From assembly GCA_050261115.1 (NCBI GenBank), contig JBLNCY010000018.1, forward strand, positions 1 through 64,000: a stretch of 64,000 bases of DNA, given 5' to 3'. Source of the stretch: Methanocella sp. Its GTDB lineage: Archaea; Thermoproteota; Bathyarchaeia; Bathyarchaeales; Bathycorpusculaceae. The translations under genes and the position numbers were made by a program. Below, one piece after another: positions 19,364 through 29,522 of this stretch. The number at the start of each line of letters is the position of its first letter. Positions within the stretch are counted from its first letter, which is position 1. Below the pieces are notes generated by a model that had not been told where the DNA came from, made no database searches, and saw only the letters and a list, made by a program, of their open reading frames with translations.

Positions 19364-20224
19364 TTGAACAATACAAAGCTCCCTCCTCTAATCTTGATGG
19401 CACTACTGTTTGCTTCTTTTGGTGCAAATCTTTACTATGCTTCCCAAAATAGTGCACTTATCGACCAAGTTAACGCAGCAGAAGCCAAAGTCCAAATGGT
19501 TGCTACTCTCCAAGAAGTGCAAGCAGGCGTAGAAGTAGAAATCAAACGCATGGGTGAAAGCCTCATCTATGCATCCAAGCAGCTCTCAAGTGCAGGCTTA
19601 ACTGGGTCACAGGCGCATGCGATTCTGGCTGCGTTAGTAGCAAACAGTTCCTACATAATCAACGCCGCCACAGAAAACCTGCAAAATACCATAGTAGCCG
19701 TCGAACCTCAAAACTGGAGCTACATTGAGGGCCGAAACGTCGGCGAACAACCCTACCTAAACCCCAACCCATACGGCGAAATCAGGCCAACCATGAGCCC
19801 CGTCATACCGCTACAATCAGACATGATGGGCAACCTCATAACGGCACCAATATTTAACAGCAACAAAGACCTCATCGGCACCGTTAGCATAATCTTTGAC
19901 CCCGCCAAACTGCTCAACGATACCATAACCACCGCATTAGCCGAAACCCCCTATACCATGACCGTAATGCAACTGGACGGATTGATGGTTTATGACACCG
20001 ACTCTAGACAACAATACAAGAACATGTTCACTGATCCTGCCTACAAGGATTATGTGCAGCTTCTGCTTTTGGGGCGACACGTAGTTGATTTCAGTTCTGG
20101 CTATGGCACATACGAGTTCACTGTGGATGCAGCCTCAAACTTGGTTGTGGCCAAAGAATGCTATTGGACCACCGTTTCAGCGTATGGCGAGGAATGGCGC
20201 ATAGCACTCCAACATCCCATCTAA
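19364..20224 (+). CDS. Membrane-anchored extracellular Cache-like (PDC) domain protein with no signalling output domain
   Basis: N-terminal TM; ITAPIFN..LIGTVSIIFDP, DGLMVYD, SGYGTY and W..VSAYGEEWRI pattern. Confidence 0.6.
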   Translation: MNNTKLPPLILMALLFASFGANLYYASQNSALIDQVNAAEAKVQMVATLQEVQAGVEVEIKRMGESLIYASKQLSSAGLTGSQAHAILAALVANSSYIINAATENLQNTIVAVEPQNWSYIEGRNVGEQPYLNPNPYGEIRPTMSPVIPLQSDMMGNLITAPIFNSNKDLIGTVSIIFDPAKLLNDTITTALAETPYTMTVMQLDGLMVYDTDSRQQYKNMFTDPAYKDYVQLLLLGRHVVDFSSGYGTYEFTVDAASNLVVAKECYWTTVSAYGEEWRIALQHPI

Positions 20225-20237
20225 CTTATATGCCGCG

Positions 20238-21563
20238 TTAGATGACAACGTAGCCTAACTCGCCAGTCCCCTCTTCCACAATCTTGCCCTTCAGGTAAGT
20301 CAACGCAGCCGCGGTAACCTCAACCCTCAACGATTTACCCAGAAGCTGCTTGCTGCTCTCAACTACGATGGGTTTGTAGGCAAAATTGCGTCCAATCCAG
20401 GAACCCTCAACCTTTCCCTTTTCGTCAATTAGCACTTCTCCGGTCCAGCCAACCCAGCGCATGTTACGTTTAGCCGAGAGCTCCCTAGCCAACTCCGCGG
20501 TGATGGTGCTTCGGCGCTTAATCTCCTCCTGCTCGACTATCCCCTCTTTTATGTCCCAGGCAGGTGTTTTGGGTCTAGCAAAAAACTTGGAAACATTAGT
20601 TACATCCGGCTGGATTTCCCTGAGTAATTCGAGGGTGTGGTTGAATGCTTCTTCGGTTTCGCCCGGGTAACCTACGATCACGTCGGTTGCCAGGGTCAAG
20701 TCGGGAAACTCCTCCCGGAAAGCCTCCACGATGCCTTTGAATTCTTCAACTGTGTAGAATCGGTGCATGCCTCTCAAGACGTTGTTGTCGCCGCTTTGGA
20801 TAGGTAAATGCAGAAACTTGAACACCTTAGAATCCATAAACCCGCCAACAAGGCGCTCTTGGATATCGGTGACCAGGTTGGGCGTCATCATACCCACTCG
20901 AACCCTGAAATCGCCCTTCAAAGCCCCGACAGCGCAGAGTAATTCGGCTAAGTCTGTGTGGAAGTCTCGGCCGTAGCTTGCGGTGTCTTGTGAAGTTAAC
21001 CAGAACTCTTTAGCACCCGCCAAGTAATCTGCTTCAATTCTTTTCACGATTTCTGGTATGCTATGGCTTCTTAGGTGGCCGCGTGCTTGCACAACACAGC
21101 AGTAGGCGCAGCTTCCCAGGCAGCCATAGTTGATGGGAACAACGCTGATCACAGGATTGGCTGCTATTTTTGGCAGGGTGAGTGAGGGAACTTCCCGTGG
21201 CGCCTCTAGCTCTACTACTTTTTGGCCCCCCAAAACTCTCGCCACAACATCCACTATGTCGCCACCTTTTGCGGGGCCAACTGCCGCATCAAACCGTGCT
21301 TCGCGCTCCAAGCGCTGATAGCTGATTTTCGGAAGACAACCGGTAACTATGATTTTTTTATCTCGTGAGACCTGTTTTATGTCGTCGATTATGCGGTTCT
21401 CGGTGGGTCCCTTGACTGCACAGCTATTGAAAATTATGAGGTCTGCGTCTGACTCTGAATTTGTGATTGTGTGGCCTGCTTGTTTTAGGCATCCTGCGAG
21501 TGTTTCGCCGTCTGCGGTGTTGGAGCTGCAGCCGTAGTTGCGGATTAGGATTTTGTTGTGCAT
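20238..21563 (-). CDS. mtaB: tRNA t6A37 methylthiotransferase (MiaB/MtaB family radical SAM)
   Basis: YGCSSN, NSCAVK, CLGSCAYC, HLPIQSG, DVIVGYPGET; TRAM C-terminus. Confidence 0.9.
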   Translation of the reverse strand: MHNKILIRNYGCSSNTADGETLAGCLKQAGHTITNSESDADLIIFNSCAVKGPTENRIIDDIKQVSRDKKIIVTGCLPKISYQRLEREARFDAAVGPAKGGDIVDVVARVLGGQKVVELEAPREVPSLTLPKIAANPVISVVPINYGCLGSCAYCCVVQARGHLRSHSIPEIVKRIEADYLAGAKEFWLTSQDTASYGRDFHTDLAELLCAVGALKGDFRVRVGMMTPNLVTDIQERLVGGFMDSKVFKFLHLPIQSGDNNVLRGMHRFYTVEEFKGIVEAFREEFPDLTLATDVIVGYPGETEEAFNHTLELLREIQPDVTNVSKFFARPKTPAWDIKEGIVEQEEIKRRSTITAELARELSAKRNMRWVGWTGEVLIDEKGKVEGSWIGRNFAYKPIVVESSKQLLGKSLRVEVTAAALTYLKGKIVEEGTGELGYVVI

Positions 21564-21677
21564 GTTTGGTCTGCTCGTTAGTTGCTGTGTCTTAACATAA
21601 AAACGTGTCTCCTTTGGGGGTGTTATTGCTGTTTTGATGAATAAACCCTGTTTTTTCATTTATATACTGTAGTACCA

Positions 21678-21710
21678 ACATATTATGTGCATATATGTAG
21701 CATAATATGT
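21678..21710. promoter_or_regulatory. Inverted repeat (candidate operator) between the divergent mtaB and RHH genes
   Basis: acatattatg-N13-cataatatgt, a perfect 10-bp IR with an internal catatatg palindrome. Confidence 0.55.
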
Positions 21711-21772
21711 AGAAGTATAAGTGACAAGTAGCGTAGTATAGTTGTAAAAGCAGCAGGGGAGTCAATACTCAC

Positions 21773-21928
21773 TTGAAACTAATCACTCTGTATCTACCTG
21801 AAACGTATATAAAAGCTTTAGATCAGTTAGTGGACGAGCGGTTCTATCCTAACCGAGCTGAAGCCATTCGAGTCGCAATAAGAGACCTAATCAGTGCAGA
21901 AGTTTGGAGGAGAAAAGGCGTTGACTAA
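21773..21928 (+). CDS. Small ribbon-helix-helix (CopG/CdrS-like) regulator (not in ORF track)
   Basis: Manual translation MKLITLYLPETYIKALDQLVDERFYPNRAEAIRVAIRDLISAEVWRRKGVD. Confidence 0.88.
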   Translation: MKLITLYLPETYIKALDQLVDERFYPNRAEAIRVAIRDLISAEVWRRKGVD

Positions 21929-22202
21929 ACATGTACCTGACGAACTAAAATGCGGCCTTCCCGTTGACGCGGTAAAGGTTGAAGTCACTCCAGTTGCACC
22001 CGCGCTTCTGGACAACTCCCTGGTAATCGCTGCTCCCATCATAGCGAAGCCCAAAAAGGTAAGGATGGTTAAAGCCAAAGTGACACCTAAAAAGAGCCGT
22101 CTTGATAGAGCCACCAGCCACCTCTATGACCTTGAAGACAGCCACGGCCCCGAGAAGTGCCTAAATATCGATTTAGGCCTCTACCAGATGGAAGACTTTT
22201 AG
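21921..22202 (+). CDS. Hypothetical protein coupled to the RHH gene
   Basis: GGAGG SD inside the RHH gene; TTG start overlapping its end. Confidence 0.65.
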   Translation: MTKHVPDELKCGLPVDAVKVEVTPVAPALLDNSLVIAAPIIAKPKKVRMVKAKVTPKKSRLDRATSHLYDLEDSHGPEKCLNIDLGLYQMEDF

Positions 22203-22273
22203 ATCTTCCTCCCCCAACTTTTGATAAGACCTTTTAGGAAAGCTAAATATTTCCAGGTTACTGCCTTCTTGTT

Positions 22274-22984
22274 ATGAGCATCCTAATCGAGCAGCTTCGC
22301 GAAGACTTAAGAGCAAACGCGGATGAGTCCGCCAGGCAATCTGCAAAGCGGTACTTTAAAGAATAAATCAAGACCTATGGCGTCAAAACCGGCACCGTGG
22401 GCAAAATTGCCCGGAAATTCTGGTCCCAGGTCAAAGTTAAACCTAAACAAGAAATTTTTGCGCTCTGTGAAGAACTCTACCAATCGGGCTACATGGAGGA
22501 AGCTTTTGTCGTCTCCGAGTGGATGCCCCATTACATGGAAAACCTCGATGCAGTTGATATAGTAACGTTTAGGCGATGGATCGACAGCTACGTCACTAAC
22601 TGGGCGGAATGCGACGGCTTTCCTAACCATACCATCGGTGGCTTAATCGAGAGGTACCCCGAAGTTGTGGTGGAAGTTATAAGCTGGGCGAGAAGCCCAA
22701 ACCGCTGGTTAAAACGCGCCTCGGCAGTCTCATTCATTATTCCTGCAAAATGCGGCGAATTCCTAAATGAAGCCTTTGAGATTTGCAATATTCTGCTCCT
22801 CGATGGGGACGATTTGGTTCAGAAGGGTTATGGGTGGCTTCTAAAGGAGGAAAGCCGGCTGCATCAAAAGGAAGTGTTTGATTACGTGGTTAAGAACCGC
22901 AAAGTCATGCCAAGAACTGCACTACGTTATGCGATTGAGTTGATGCCTAAAGAACTCAAGTCGGAAGCTATGAAGAAACCATAG
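22274..22984 (+). pseudogene. AlkD-like DNA alkylation repair protein with in-frame TAA at 22364
   Basis: MSILIEQLREDL...RYFKE*IKTYGVKT is in frame with NWAECD, WARSPNRWLKRAS, LVQKGYGWLLKE and MPRTALRYAIE. Confidence 0.8.
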
Positions 22985-23035
22985 CGGGTTAGGTTCCCAG
23001 GCAGGTATGTCGTCAGTTTAGTGATGCGGCAGATA

Positions 23036-23072
23036 CTGTTGCTTTGCCGAGGACTCCCTCCCTTATATATGG
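23036..23072 (-). repeat. Dispersed intergenic repeat, copy 3
   Basis: Reverse complement reads ccatatataagggagggagtcctcggcaaagcaacag. Confidence 0.9.
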
Positions 23073-23242
23073 ACTCAGCAACTGCAGACAGTGGCGGCGT
23101 ATATTTGGCTGGTTGCTGGTTTTTAGCGGCAGAGACTGTGTGGCTGCAGACGGCTAGAGTGGTTGGCTGCACATTTGTTCCCCGGTAAATCGCGCCGATG
23201 CCAAGCGCTGTAGATACCTCGAGACACGCCACATACTACTCT

Positions 23243-23743
23243 CTAAAGAGTCACATGAGCTTTTTTCAATTTCTTGAAGTTGAGAAGCGCACCTATGACT
23301 ATGACAACCACTACTAAAGTCACTATAAGGTATAGAGTGGGGAAAGGCGGCAGTTGCACATTGAAATTTATTGAGCAGGCGGCAACGTTTCCATATGTGT
23401 CATTGGTAAAGGCCGTTATTGTGTGAGAGCCATCTGGAAGGTCATTGATTGTTTGGTTACCACTTAAAGTTACGTTTGCTTTTCCATCAACACTGTAGCC
23501 TGCCCAGCTAATTGCTCTATCCACGGTGAAAACCAATGGAACACTAGACCCATTAAACGTTTGATTTTGGGGAGATAAAACCGAAAGGGTTGGGCGAATT
23601 GTGCCGTAACCTACGGGTAAATATTGCTGAACTAAATTGAACTGAGTTTCGGTGGCAGTTACCGAATTCATGTTGCTCGTAATTACCGTTCCCCCCATTA
23701 TGTAGAGCTTGTGCTCGCCTGGGGGTTCCATGTCAATATGCAC
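23243..23743 (-). pseudogene. C-terminal remnant of a surface protein (last kelch-like blade, Ig-like domain, TM anchor)
   Basis: KLYIMGG, SPQNQTF, GYSVDGKANVT, GSHTITAF..DTYGN, TM with Lys tail; no signal peptide. Confidence 0.55.
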
Positions 23744-24184
23744 GACTCTACCGAGATCCAGATTTGCACTAGAAGACGTGTAGTCGTGCGCCCCATAGAG
23801 GACGGCCTTCTGTCGGCTCTTGATTGGCGCTTAACACCTTTTCAAAAAACTCGCCGTCGTCGTCAAAAGCACACAACTCCTTTCTATTACGTTAACCTTC
23901 GTCTGCGGCTCTGCAGTGTGGCGGCTCCTGAGTCGGTGTTTTTTTGGCTTTGTTTGCGGGTTATTTTTGCATTGGGGTGGGTTGGCTGGTGACGGGTGAA
24001 TAGATTTTTCTTGGTATTTTTGTGGTTGATTCACTTCTTTCTTGGTATAGTATGCGCTAATATGTAAAATATTCATTAAAGCAACCTTTATGTTGTGTAA
24101 TCTTCTATCAATTTACGATTAGATGTTGAATAAACAACCAAAATAGATATAAGCGGAGTATTTTTTCAGGAATCTGGGGGAAAG

Positions 24185-24583
24185 ATGACAGACCGACAAT
24201 TCGAGGAATCAGTCGAGACATTCTACAAAAACATGGGTTACAACACACGCAAAAACACTGTGTTACACACCCGATCTGTACACATCCATGCGCATCTAGA
24301 CCACCCAAAAGAAAAATACAAAGTAATCGTAGAATGCAAACCCCGCCAAGAACCCGTCGACATCCAAGAAGTGCAAAGATTCTGCTCCAAAATAGCCTTC
24401 GCCCGAGAAAACAAAACAGCCAGCGCAGGCGTCCTCATCTCCAACACAGGCTTCACCAAAGAAGCAATAGACTGGGTCTCAAAAAACTGCACGTTCGTCA
24501 GGCTAAGAACCTACAAGCAACTAATACAAAAATCCACGAAAGTAAACAAGATAGCAAAGAAACTGCATTTTAACTCGCCCTAA
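24185..24583 (+). CDS. Mrr-like restriction endonuclease-fold protein
   Basis: FEE.V..FY..MGY, VIVECK, GVLISNTGFT.EA. Confidence 0.7.
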   Translation: MTDRQFEESVETFYKNMGYNTRKNTVLHTRSVHIHAHLDHPKEKYKVIVECKPRQEPVDIQEVQRFCSKIAFARENKTASAGVLISNTGFTKEAIDWVSKNCTFVRLRTYKQLIQKSTKVNKIAKKLHFNSP

Positions 24584-24587
24584 CCCT

Positions 24588-25139
24588 TTATTGGTTGAGT
24601 TGGGCAAAGAGCGCTAACTCTTCTTTTGTTATTCCAGCTTTGTTGAGCTGGTCGAGGCATTTCTTGTACTGTTTCTCGGTGAACTGGCTCTTTAGAACGC
24701 CGTCTTCTGTGAAATTGAACGATTTGTCTGCTCTTCTGCCCCTGCAAAGAGCTGCACTTTGTGCTTTAAATCGCTCAAGTGCTGCGCAATCCTGTGAGAG
24801 CATTCCAAATGGCGTGTTGGGGAACTGTCGGCACCCCTCAGGCCTATTTTGATAAATCGAGCACATCTTGTCTTCTAGAAAGGGGCATGGGGTGTGCGTG
24901 ATGTAGTGGTCGTATTCTTCTGCGTTGGCTTTCCAGCGTTTACCCATCTCCTCATAAATCGTTGTGATTCTGCGATGCAGTTGTGGATTCGACTGGGGGG
25001 TTACTTTTGCTGGTCCAGCCGTTAAGAAGTCGTCTAGTTTACAGCATACGCCGCATTTGTCGCATACGAATGGCAAATTGATTGACCATTCGCCGCTTTT
25101 ATCCTTGAATTTGATATGGAGATAGGCAGTTTCGATCAT
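24588..25139 (-). CDS. YkgJ/CxxCxxCC family Fe-S/Zn cluster protein
   Basis: CDKCGVCC, CPFL...CSIYQNRPEGCRQFP. Confidence 0.85.
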   Translation of the reverse strand: MIETAYLHIKFKDKSGEWSINLPFVCDKCGVCCKLDDFLTAGPAKVTPQSNPQLHRRITTIYEEMGKRWKANAEEYDHYITHTPCPFLEDKMCSIYQNRPEGCRQFPNTPFGMLSQDCAALERFKAQSAALCRGRRADKSFNFTEDGVLKSQFTEKQYKKCLDQLNKAGITKEELALFAQLNQ

Positions 25140-25202
25140 TTCTAATCATAGTTTTGTGTTTTTTTTATTTTTCAGATTATGCCATTAAATTCTGGCTGGG
25201 AG

Positions 25203-26213
25203 CTAGGTGGCTTTTGTCTCTGCGCCAACCCGCAACTTATCTACATCAGCTCTCTCAGGTTTATTGGCTATGATGGTTTTGTTTAGAGCTTCCTGGCCGT
25301 ACTTTACGGTTACGCTTGAGGTTTTGGCGTCCGAGTAGAAGGCTGTTAGGTTTGCTGCGGTTTGGATGACGGCTTTAGTTTTGGGTCCCTGCAGTAACGT
25401 GGTGGGGCCTACTATGTCAGGTAACTCAAAGCGGTAGTCGCCTTTAGCTTTATGCGAAGTTAGGAAATTGTTTTCCGCTTGGTTCCGGCCAACTATGATT
25501 TTGTTTTTTCCCACTCGGAAGTGTCTGCCTACACGGAGCAACCCTACGTCTACTAGGGAGATGTTTCGCTTGTTGTCAAACAGGTCGCGGAGTTTTTTAG
25601 CGTATTCTTCACAGGTTAAGAGGCAGCCCCCTGCTGGCGAAGGGTACACTTTTATTCCGTATTCCTTGGCAAGTTGCATTTGGGGTTTACGGCCCCTGCC
25701 AGAGATGCCCAGGAGTTTGTTACGGTCAATTAACCCCTTCTTTTCTGCTTCAGTTTCAGGTAACAGCTTGGCAGATAAGGGTCGCAGAAGCTTTCCCTCT
25801 AAGCCAGCCTCTTTAGCGATAGTTCTGAGTGCAGGTCCATGCTGGGACATAGGGCGCTCGCCCAGCACTTCGCCTGTAAAGAGAAAGTCCGCGCCGACTT
25901 CTTTGGCGTATTTTTTAGCCATTTTTAGAATAAAGATTTTACAGTCTACGCATGGGTTTATGTTTTTGCCGTAGCCATGCTTGGGGTGACGTAGCATATT
26001 GATGTATGCCCTATCGAAGCTCTGAACCACAAGCGGGACATTGAGTTGTTCTGCGGCTTGCTGGGCTTCGCTTTTGCCGTCCTTTTTTGGGATGCCAAAG
26101 GGCGTCTTTAGGTTATAAGCAATTACTTCTATGCCCTGTCGGCGAACTAGTTCAGTGGCTAGCATGCTGTCTAAGCCGCCGGAGAGAAGGCTTATGGCTT
26201 TAACTTTAGTCAT
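25203..26213 (-). CDS. tRNA thiouridylase-like PP-loop ATPase (ThiI/MnmA-related)
   Basis: LLSGGLDS, NPCVDCK, TGEVLGERPMSQ, PSPAGGCLLT, GRHFR. Confidence 0.8.
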   Translation of the reverse strand: MTKVKAISLLSGGLDSMLATELVRRQGIEVIAYNLKTPFGIPKKDGKSEAQQAAEQLNVPLVVQSFDRAYINMLRHPKHGYGKNINPCVDCKIFILKMAKKYAKEVGADFLFTGEVLGERPMSQHGPALRTIAKEAGLEGKLLRPLSAKLLPETEAEKKGLIDRNKLLGISGRGRKPQMQLAKEYGIKVYPSPAGGCLLTCEEYAKKLRDLFDNKRNISLVDVGLLRVGRHFRVGKNKIIVGRNQAENNFLTSHKAKGDYRFELPDIVGPTTLLQGPKTKAVIQTAANLTAFYSDAKTSSVTVKYGQEALNKTIIANKPERADVDKLRVGAETKAT

Positions 26214-26419
26214 AACAGTGACATAACTAAGCCTCACAGATAATAATGTAGCTCCTAGAAGCACAAAAACGCCAATACAACAGATCTTTTTTTCAGGTTT
26301 CTTAGTTCTTGGCTTGTAAAGGAGGGTTCGCTAACTTGCAAACCTCGTTTTGCAAATATCTATAAAAAGTATTAGCCCGTTAGCGCCTTGAAGCGAGCCC
26401 CGGAGGAGAGAAACAAATC

Positions 26420-27748
26420 CTGGAAAACCCCGAAAAACTAACAAGTTATCAGCTGTACCGATTCAAGAAGCTCGATAGTCCTGCTTCCGCTATTGAATGG
26501 ATAGATTACAACTGGCAAATCAGAAACTCCATTAGAACCATAGAAGAATTCGAAAGTTTTATGGGCATAAAATTTTCAAAAAAAGAAAAGGCCCTGCTTG
26601 AAGCAACGATTAAAAAGTTCCCGTTAAGCATCACCCCATATTACGCTTCACTTATCGACAAAGAAAACCTCCACAATGATCCTGTCTTTAAACAGGCTTT
26701 TCCCAATCCAGCCGAGCTAGCGCTCTCTAAATGTGACATGGCTGATCCACTCCATGAAGAAGAGGACAGCCCTGTTAAAGGCTTAACCCACCGTTACCCT
26801 GACCGTGTCCTTTTTCTAATCAGTAACCGCTGTGCCATGTACTGTAGGCACTGTACAAGGAAACGAAAAGTCGGTGACTCCGAGCATATTCCTAGTCGAG
26901 AACAAATCGTCGCTGGTCTCAAATACATCCGACGTCACTCTGAAATCCGAGATGTGCTTCTAAGCGGAGGCGACGCACTTATGGTGCCAGACGATTATCT
27001 CGATTGGATATTAACTGAATTAAACAGGATTCCACATGTTGAGGTGGTGAGAATTGGCACTAGAACCCCAGTGGTTCTACCTTACCGGATAACTGATGAA
27101 CTTGTGGATATGCTAAAGCGGCATCACCCTTTATGGTTAAACACTCACTTCAATCACCCAAGAGAATTAACGCCTTCCGCCAAAGCAGCACTAAGAAAAC
27201 TAGCTGATGCGGGAATACCTCTTGGCAACCAATCGGTATTGCTTGCGGGCGTTAACGACTGCCCTCAAATCATGAAGAAACTCAACCAGAAACTAGTCCA
27301 GAGTCGAGTTCGCCCATACTACCTATTCCAGTGTGACCTATCAGAAGGCTTAACGCATTTCCGAACATCCGTAGGCAAAGGGGTGGAAATCATCGAGAGC
27401 CTGCGAGGCCACACTAGCGGCTTTGCGGTCCCCACATTTGTCATCGACGCTCCGGGCGGAGGCGGAAAAATCCCCATCATGCCCAACTATATCCTATCAT
27501 GGTCAACCCACAAAACGGTTCTGCGCAACTATGAAGGCGTAATCACCACCTACCAGGAGCCTGATACCTATCAGCCAGCAAAATGTGACCTGAAATGCCA
27601 CCGATGCCACCTCCAATTAGACGACGAGCACAAGACTCCAATCGGCGTCGAAAAACTATTGTCCGACAAAAACAAGACCCCCTCACTTGTGCCAAAAGGA
27701 ACCCTTCGACTGCAACGCCGCAGAAGCCACCCCGGGAAAAAACCATGA
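26420..27748 (+). CDS. ablA: Lysine 2,3-aminomutase (radical SAM, PLP); probable CTG start
   Basis: [41 protein letters not shown]; conserved W..Y.WQIRNSI lies upstream of the annotated ATG 26561. Confidence 0.9.
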   Translation: MENPEKLTSYQLYRFKKLDSPASAIEWIDYNWQIRNSIRTIEEFESFMGIKFSKKEKALLEATIKKFPLSITPYYASLIDKENLHNDPVFKQAFPNPAELALSKCDMADPLHEEEDSPVKGLTHRYPDRVLFLISNRCAMYCRHCTRKRKVGDSEHIPSREQIVAGLKYIRRHSEIRDVLLSGGDALMVPDDYLDWILTELNRIPHVEVVRIGTRTPVVLPYRITDELVDMLKRHHPLWLNTHFNHPRELTPSAKAALRKLADAGIPLGNQSVLLAGVNDCPQIMKKLNQKLVQSRVRPYYLFQCDLSEGLTHFRTSVGKGVEIIESLRGHTSGFAVPTFVIDAPGGGGKIPIMPNYILSWSTHKTVLRNYEGVITTYQEPDTYQPAKCDLKCHRCHLQLDDEHKTPIGVEKLLSDKNKTPSLVPKGTLRLQRRRSHPGKKP

Positions 27749-28269
27749 CACAAAAACCACTCGCCCCCTCGGATTTAACCATCCGCAGAGTTAAGGTCAG
27801 TGACATCGGCCAAGTCTACAAGCTTCTTACGGCAAACCGGCCCTATGTGGGCTTAAACAGCCGCTACACCTATTTTTTGCTTGCGCGAGACTTCAGCGAC
27901 ACCTGCCTAGTCGCTTTGGACGGAGACCGTGTAGTTGCTTTCTCATCGGGGTATGTTCCCCCTAACAGGCCGGATACCTTTTTTAGCTGGGAAGTAGTGG
28001 TCGATGAGGCATATCGAGGCAACGGTTTACAGAAAAAGCTACTGCTTCAGCAGCTACGGATGACAAATGCAAAGTACTTGGAGGGAACCATAAATCCGTC
28101 TAATCATGTTTCAGAAAAGAATTTCCTCGACCTCGCGCGAATCCTAGAGACCAGTTGCGTTAGGAGTGTATTGTTTAGTGAGGCAGATTTTGGTAACGAT
28201 GGGCACGAGGCGGAGGTTCTTTTCCGGGTGGGGCCTATTGGTTTGGGTCCGCTTAAGAAAAAAATTTAG
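27745..28269 (+). CDS. GNAT acetyltransferase, EctA (diaminobutyrate acetyltransferase)-like
   Basis: [57 protein letters not shown]; ATGA overlap with the aminomutase. Confidence 0.8.
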   Translation: MTQKPLAPSDLTIRRVKVSDIGQVYKLLTANRPYVGLNSRYTYFLLARDFSDTCLVALDGDRVVAFSSGYVPPNRPDTFFSWEVVVDEAYRGNGLQKKLLLQQLRMTNAKYLEGTINPSNHVSEKNFLDLARILETSCVRSVLFSEADFGNDGHEAEVLFRVGPIGLGPLKKKI

Positions 28270-28363
28270 CCGCCGCATGCTTGCGTCCATTTAGCGTTTG
28301 CTTAGAATCATTTAAAAGCTGAAGTGCGAATTTAGTTGATGGCTTCGAAAGTGGCAGGCGAGG

Positions 28364-29476
28364 ATGACTTTGGACATAAGCATATTCATCCCTATTTTCA
28401 AGGAATCCACCCAATTAGAAGGTATGCTTGATGTCCTCTGCCCACAGAATGTCACAAAAGAAATCTTTGTCACTGTAGATGAACCAACCGGTGCCTTCAA
28501 AGAGAAACTCTCAAAAATCAACAAAGAAAACGTGACAATCATCATAAACAAAGAACGAAAAGGTAAAGCAAACGCCTGCAACAACACCGTCAAACTCTCC
28601 ACAGGCAAAGTCCTCTTCTTTCTAGACGCAGACGTAAGCATACCAAACGATCCCGATTACCTGCGCAAAATCGTCATGGAAATGGAGCACACCGACATCC
28701 TAGATATCAAAAAAGAAGTCACCAAAGACAAATCGTTCCTCTCCAAAATGACCTACTACGAGTACCTTACCTTCAACATGAGCGCCTGGCTCTCCTCATA
28801 CTTCATGAAAAAATGCCCCGCAGTCAATGGTGCGGCCTTTGCGATTAGGCGCGAGATGTTTGAGAAAGTCAATGGTTTCCGAACAGTCGTTGCCGAAGAC
28901 ATCGACTTGGCCACCCGAGCCTTTCTGGCCGAGGGCAGATTTGCCTACAGCAAAGACGTCGAAGTCAAAAACGTCGTATACAGCGATTGGCACAAATGGT
29001 ACATTCAACGCAGGCGATGGTCGATTGGTCAGGCGCTTTGGGTGAAGGACTGGTACAAAGACCTCCTGCGTCGCTTCGCAAAAAAACCCCAAGTGTTCCT
29101 TCCCAGCCTCTTTTTCCTCTACCCTTCAGTCACCGTTTTTGTCCTAAGCGCATTGATTCCAAGCATCTGGCTCTACAACGGGCTACTGGTGTTTTCGCTA
29201 TTTCTCTCGGTTAAACTCAACTTTGCTTTACCGCTCTTTTTGGTTTCGCTTGCAACTGCAGACATACTGAAAATCGCGCTTATGTCTTTGGCTGGGTTTG
29301 GCATTACCGCAGGCGTTTTCTATGGGTTTGGCCGCAAGCTAGGCTTTAAGGAAATGAAGCTACATGAACTGTTTCTCTATTACTTCTTCTACTCCAGCCT
29401 GTGGTGGGCGTTTGTTATTGTGGGGCAGGTTCAAGTGATTTTTGGCCGAAAACATGGCCCCGGATGGAAAACCTAA
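28364..29476 (+). CDS. Family 2 glycosyltransferase with C-terminal TM helices
   Basis: GKANA, LDAD, AEDIDL, QRRRW. Confidence 0.9.
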   Translation: MTLDISIFIPIFKESTQLEGMLDVLCPQNVTKEIFVTVDEPTGAFKEKLSKINKENVTIIINKERKGKANACNNTVKLSTGKVLFFLDADVSIPNDPDYLRKIVMEMEHTDILDIKKEVTKDKSFLSKMTYYEYLTFNMSAWLSSYFMKKCPAVNGAAFAIRREMFEKVNGFRTVVAEDIDLATRAFLAEGRFAYSKDVEVKNVVYSDWHKWYIQRRRWSIGQALWVKDWYKDLLRRFAKKPQVFLPSLFFLYPSVTVFVLSALIPSIWLYNGLLVFSLFLSVKLNFALPLFLVSLATADILKIALMSLAGFGITAGVFYGFGRKLGFKEMKLHELFLYYFFYSSLWWAFVIVGQVQVIFGRKHGPGWKT

Positions 29477-29522
29477 CCGAAAACAAAAAAATGGTCTATA
29501 GACGCAATGGTCTAGGTGAGGT

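Noticed and set aside
22364-22366. Stop-codon recoding (Sec/Pyl) in the AlkD-like gene
   Set aside because: The codon is TAA, not TGA or TAG.
23760-24180. Short ORFs 23711-23992 and 23831-24076
   Set aside because: Compositionally skewed, no motifs, no convincing start signals.
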